Below, in pieces: positions 23,863 through 26,672 of a stretch of 26,672 bases of DNA. This DNA comes from a virus (taxonomy: Duplodnaviria; Caudoviricetes). The stretch spans positions 1 to 26,672 of IMG/VR virus record IMGVR_UViG_3300020044_005419. The stretch is one strand, 5' to 3'. Every line of letters begins with the position of its first letter. Position 1 is the stretch's first letter. The notes beneath the pieces were generated by a model. That model was not told the DNA's origin. It searched no databases and worked only from the letters and a program-made list of their open reading frames with translations. The position numbers were made by a program, and so were the translations under genes.

Positions 23863-24518
23863 GCGCCAGAACTTTCAAAGTCTGGATTCGTAAAATCTGT
23901 ACCGCCAGGATCACTGACACTGCCGCTCTTAGGAGGAGAGCCAAAGTCAAAGTACTGGTTGGAGATCGCGGCCACCCGGTTCATCGAGGTGTCGCTAGGA
24001 TAGAAGAACTGCCATGACTTCTGGTTCGTCCTTAGACCAGCAACTCTGTTTTCGAGAACCTTCCTCATCGAGGTGCAGGCAATCGTGCAGGTCGCTACAC
24101 GGCTTCTGGCTTGGTCGTTGAAGTCCTCAGAGATGCCAACCGAGTTAATGATTCCGGTGTAGCGCTTGAAGAACTGCGTAGTAGGTGTAGTGATGATCTG
24201 GTTGTTGGAGTCAAGGAACCCACGCCAAATCTCTACCAATGAACCCTTGATGTTGGATGACAGGATCAGCGCGATGTTCGCTGGGTCGATACCAGTGAGA
24301 CTGATCGTGATGTCGTCTGAAGTGCTTTTGATATCTTGAGGAATGTCCCCGAGAGTCAACAACATCCCAAGATTTGAGAACGTGATGCCCGATACCGTGA
24401 TGGGTGCCGCGGCGTTGCAGAATGAATAAGTCGATGTGACAGGGCTTCCAATCTGGAGCCTGACAAACTCAGCGTGTCTTATATTCGCACTGTTGAGTGC
24501 GTTCATTGTCGTGGTCAT
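23859..24518 (-). CDS. Minor tail protein (gpL/hub-like)
   Basis: Second gene after the tape measure; I.ISLTGI, RTN..SW...YP.D.SM..V motifs. Confidence 0.7.
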   Translation of the reverse strand: MTTTMNALNSANIRHAEFVRLQIGSPVTSTYSFCNAAAPITVSGITFSNLGMLLTLGDIPQDIKSTSDDITISLTGIDPANIALILSSNIKGSLVEIWRGFLDSNNQIITTPTTQFFKRYTGIINSVGISEDFNDQARSRVATCTIACTSMRKVLENRVAGLRTNQKSWQFFYPSDTSMNRVAAISNQYFDFGSPPKSGSVSDPGGTDFTNPDFESSGA

Positions 24519-25165
24519 GGGGCTACGTTCTCCCGGAAGACAAACGGGCCATCCCAGTTTACAAAGGCCCCGTTAGTCATTGGTGTGAGTGTATAGGTTG
24601 GGCACTGTTCCGCATACACAGGAAACGAAACAGCAGAGCCTACAGCGGTCAGAGTGCCCGTAGCAGGGGTTCCAATCACAGGCCGGTGGATAGTCGCGTT
24701 CACAGTAGCCGCCCCACCCCTTAGAACGTCCGCAGTGATCTTGTAGACGTATGAGCCTAGTTGGATGAAGTCACCCGCCGCCAAAACGACTACAGACGAT
24801 CCTACAGCCGGGAGGTTGCCAATAGAGATGGTCGTTGCGTTTGCAGCAGGTACAGAAGCCAGAGTCAGAGCCGCCGCCTGGGCACCAGACAAGCCGCCTC
24901 GGTAAGCAGTGAACCAAGACAGGTTTGTACTCGAGAACGTGATGTTCGCGGGAGTCTGTCGGTCGAGGTTGTCAATCGTCTGGATAACGTCTCTGACCTG
25001 GGGGTAGTAGAGGTAGTTGTGCGGAACGATGGTGAACACCCAAGGCACCGCGGTGAGGTACTGAGCAGTTCTGATCTGCCCGCCTCGGGATGTTTGTTGT
25101 CCTACCATCCTACGGTTGTTCACCGTCATGGATTGCTGGATATCGACTATCGTTTGGAAACTCAT
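24515..25165 (-). CDS. Distal tail protein (Dit-like)
   Basis: Immediately follows the tape measure; GDFIQ...Y.ITAD insert; F.FRE near the C-terminus. Confidence 0.7.
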   Translation of the reverse strand: MSFQTIVDIQQSMTVNNRRMVGQQTSRGGQIRTAQYLTAVPWVFTIVPHNYLYYPQVRDVIQTIDNLDRQTPANITFSSTNLSWFTAYRGGLSGAQAAALTLASVPAANATTISIGNLPAVGSSVVVLAAGDFIQLGSYVYKITADVLRGGAATVNATIHRPVIGTPATGTLTAVGSAVSFPVYAEQCPTYTLTPMTNGAFVNWDGPFVFRENVAP

Positions 25166-26670
25166 GCTCTACCTCGCCCGATAGCCAGAGACTTGTTGGC
25201 ATAAGCGTTCGCTGCCCAGACTGCAGTTGAACTGCCCATGATTCGATCCTCAAAGGACTTCACATCAATAGCAGAGATATTGTAGTTGTTGACCACCTGT
25301 GGAGCCTGCATAGAGCCCATCGCATTGTTCGGAATGATCGTGCCTGATGATCGAGGAACAAACATCTCTGGCCCACGCTCACCAACCATGTATGGGCTAC
25401 CAGAGTTGACTGGACCTCCGTATGCGCGAGGAGTGAATTTCAGTCCGCTGCCACCTGTGATGGTGCCGCCACTGGCATTTAGACCAGGGATCATATTCTT
25501 GAAGAACTGGAATAACGCAACAGCAGATGCTTTAAGTTCTATCGCAATCAAGTCTTGAATGATCGACCGAGCCAAGTCCTTGAACGACAACTTGCCAGTA
25601 CGAACGAAGTTCTCTAGCGCACGTTCCATGTTGCCGAATACAGCGGCATAAACCTGTTGAGTCCTTTTGATGTTGTCTTGCAAATCAATAAATACATTCT
25701 TCATTGTTTGATTGCGAAGAATTTCTTCAATACGTTTTGCCTTGTCGCTATCAGTAAGGTCTCTATTGCTTTCAATTTCTTTAATCTGTCGTTTTGTCTC
25801 AAGTTCAAGCATGGCTAACTGAACAACCTTTTCTGATTGCCCAATCAAAGCCTGTTGTAGGCTTGCCTTTTCAATATCGTACTCAATAGATTTTCGTTCC
25901 TGCTCTATACGATCACTTGCCGCTTTTCTTGCAGCATCAACCCGAGCGTTCTCTTGCCCCCAGGCTTGATCAAACTCATCCTGCAACTCTCTCCATGCGT
26001 TGTATTCTGCGGCGTATTTCTTCCTGATAAGTTCTGTTCGTTTTGCTTGTGCCTCTACATCAAGCGCATATAAATCAGCGGACAACTTCTCTGCGTTTTG
26101 CTTGGCAAGTTTCCCCGCTTCATCAATGTCCTTTTTCTTGGTTTCATTGATAAGTCTTTGTGCTTCTTGTTGCGTTTCTAGATCAATACGCTGGAAATCA
26201 TTTGCGAATTGCTTTTCCAATTCGAACTTATTTTTCAGCATTTGCTGATCGGCCTGAAAAGCAATGTCAATGCGTTTTTGACCAAACTCTTGCTGATCTT
26301 TTATAAGCCTAGTTTGCTCTTGTGCTTTCTTTGTCTGCTCATCTTTGAGGCGCTTTTTCTCCAAAAGTGCATCAAGTTCTGCCTGTAAAGCTGCTCTTGC
26401 GGTTGCTCCAGCCATCGGAGATTCTTCTGGCGAAAGCATTGGGGCTTCGACCATTACCCTAAGTTGCTCTTGAAGAATAGCGATACGATCTTCCAAGTCT
26501 TTGCTGGCCCCGATTTTCTTAATGGTGTCCCAAACAGAACTAAGAGTGTTGCCAAACTTGCTCCAAATGCTTTCTAGGTCGCTAACCTCTCTGCCTTGAT
26601 CTTTGTATTTCTGCGTTAACGCCTCAGCAGCAATCTTCGCCGCCTCTTGAGACTTGCCCTGCTTGTCAAG
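25162..26670 (-). CDS. Tail tape measure protein, lambda gpH-like (C-terminal part; start outside window)
   Basis: Frame stays open from 26496 to the right edge (LDKQGKSQEAAKIA...W...WDTI..IG); long coiled coil; F..TGKLSFKDL..SII.DL; GGPV...Y.VGERGPE.FVP. Confidence 0.92.
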   Translation of the reverse strand, partial: LDKQGKSQEAAKIAAEALTQKYKDQGREVSDLESIWSKFGNTLSSVWDTIKKIGASKDLEDRIAILQEQLRVMVEAPMLSPEESPMAGATARAALQAELDALLEKKRLKDEQTKKAQEQTRLIKDQQEFGQKRIDIAFQADQQMLKNKFELEKQFANDFQRIDLETQQEAQRLINETKKKDIDEAGKLAKQNAEKLSADLYALDVEAQAKRTELIRKKYAAEYNAWRELQDEFDQAWGQENARVDAARKAASDRIEQERKSIEYDIEKASLQQALIGQSEKVVQLAMLELETKRQIKEIESNRDLTDSDKAKRIEEILRNQTMKNVFIDLQDNIKRTQQVYAAVFGNMERALENFVRTGKLSFKDLARSIIQDLIAIELKASAVALFQFFKNMIPGLNASGGTITGGSGLKFTPRAYGGPVNSGSPYMVGERGPEMFVPRSSGTIIPNNAMGSMQAPQVVNNYNISAIDVKSFEDRIMGSSTAVWAANAYANKSLAIGRGRA

Positions 26671-26672
26671 AA

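Overview
About 26.7 kb of a tailed dsDNA phage (lambda/HK97-like siphovirus layout; a proteobacterial host is inferred, not shown). From left to right: (1) the 5' part of a gp74-type packaging HNH gene running off the left edge, which suggests cos/terminase lie just outside. (2) A small rightward module (minimal C5 DNA methyltransferase, GP88-like Cys protein, small ORFs) behind promoters that share an AGGGTTTWCCC box, closed by a terminator. (3) A non-coding block with an oriented AAGCCCG array, palindromes and A/T tracts. (4) A strong leftward sigma70 promoter followed by about 400 nt of helix-rich non-coding sequence (candidate large ncRNA) and three small genes. (5) A rightward early operon with a stand-alone initiator C-terminal domain, NinB, nucleases, an AlpA/H-NS fusion, Erf, YqaJ exonuclease, SSB, a Tad2/DUF2829-like protein and MazG-like proteins. 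(6) The minus-strand late region from tape measure through tail tip and fibres to the lysis genes. I recognised no integrase, repressor, helicase, primase, polymerase, tRNA or CRISPR array. The best candidate for a new system is the structured RNA at about 3893-4292, set beside a replication module that lacks an origin-binding initiator. All protein calls come from motif recognition by eye, not database searches.
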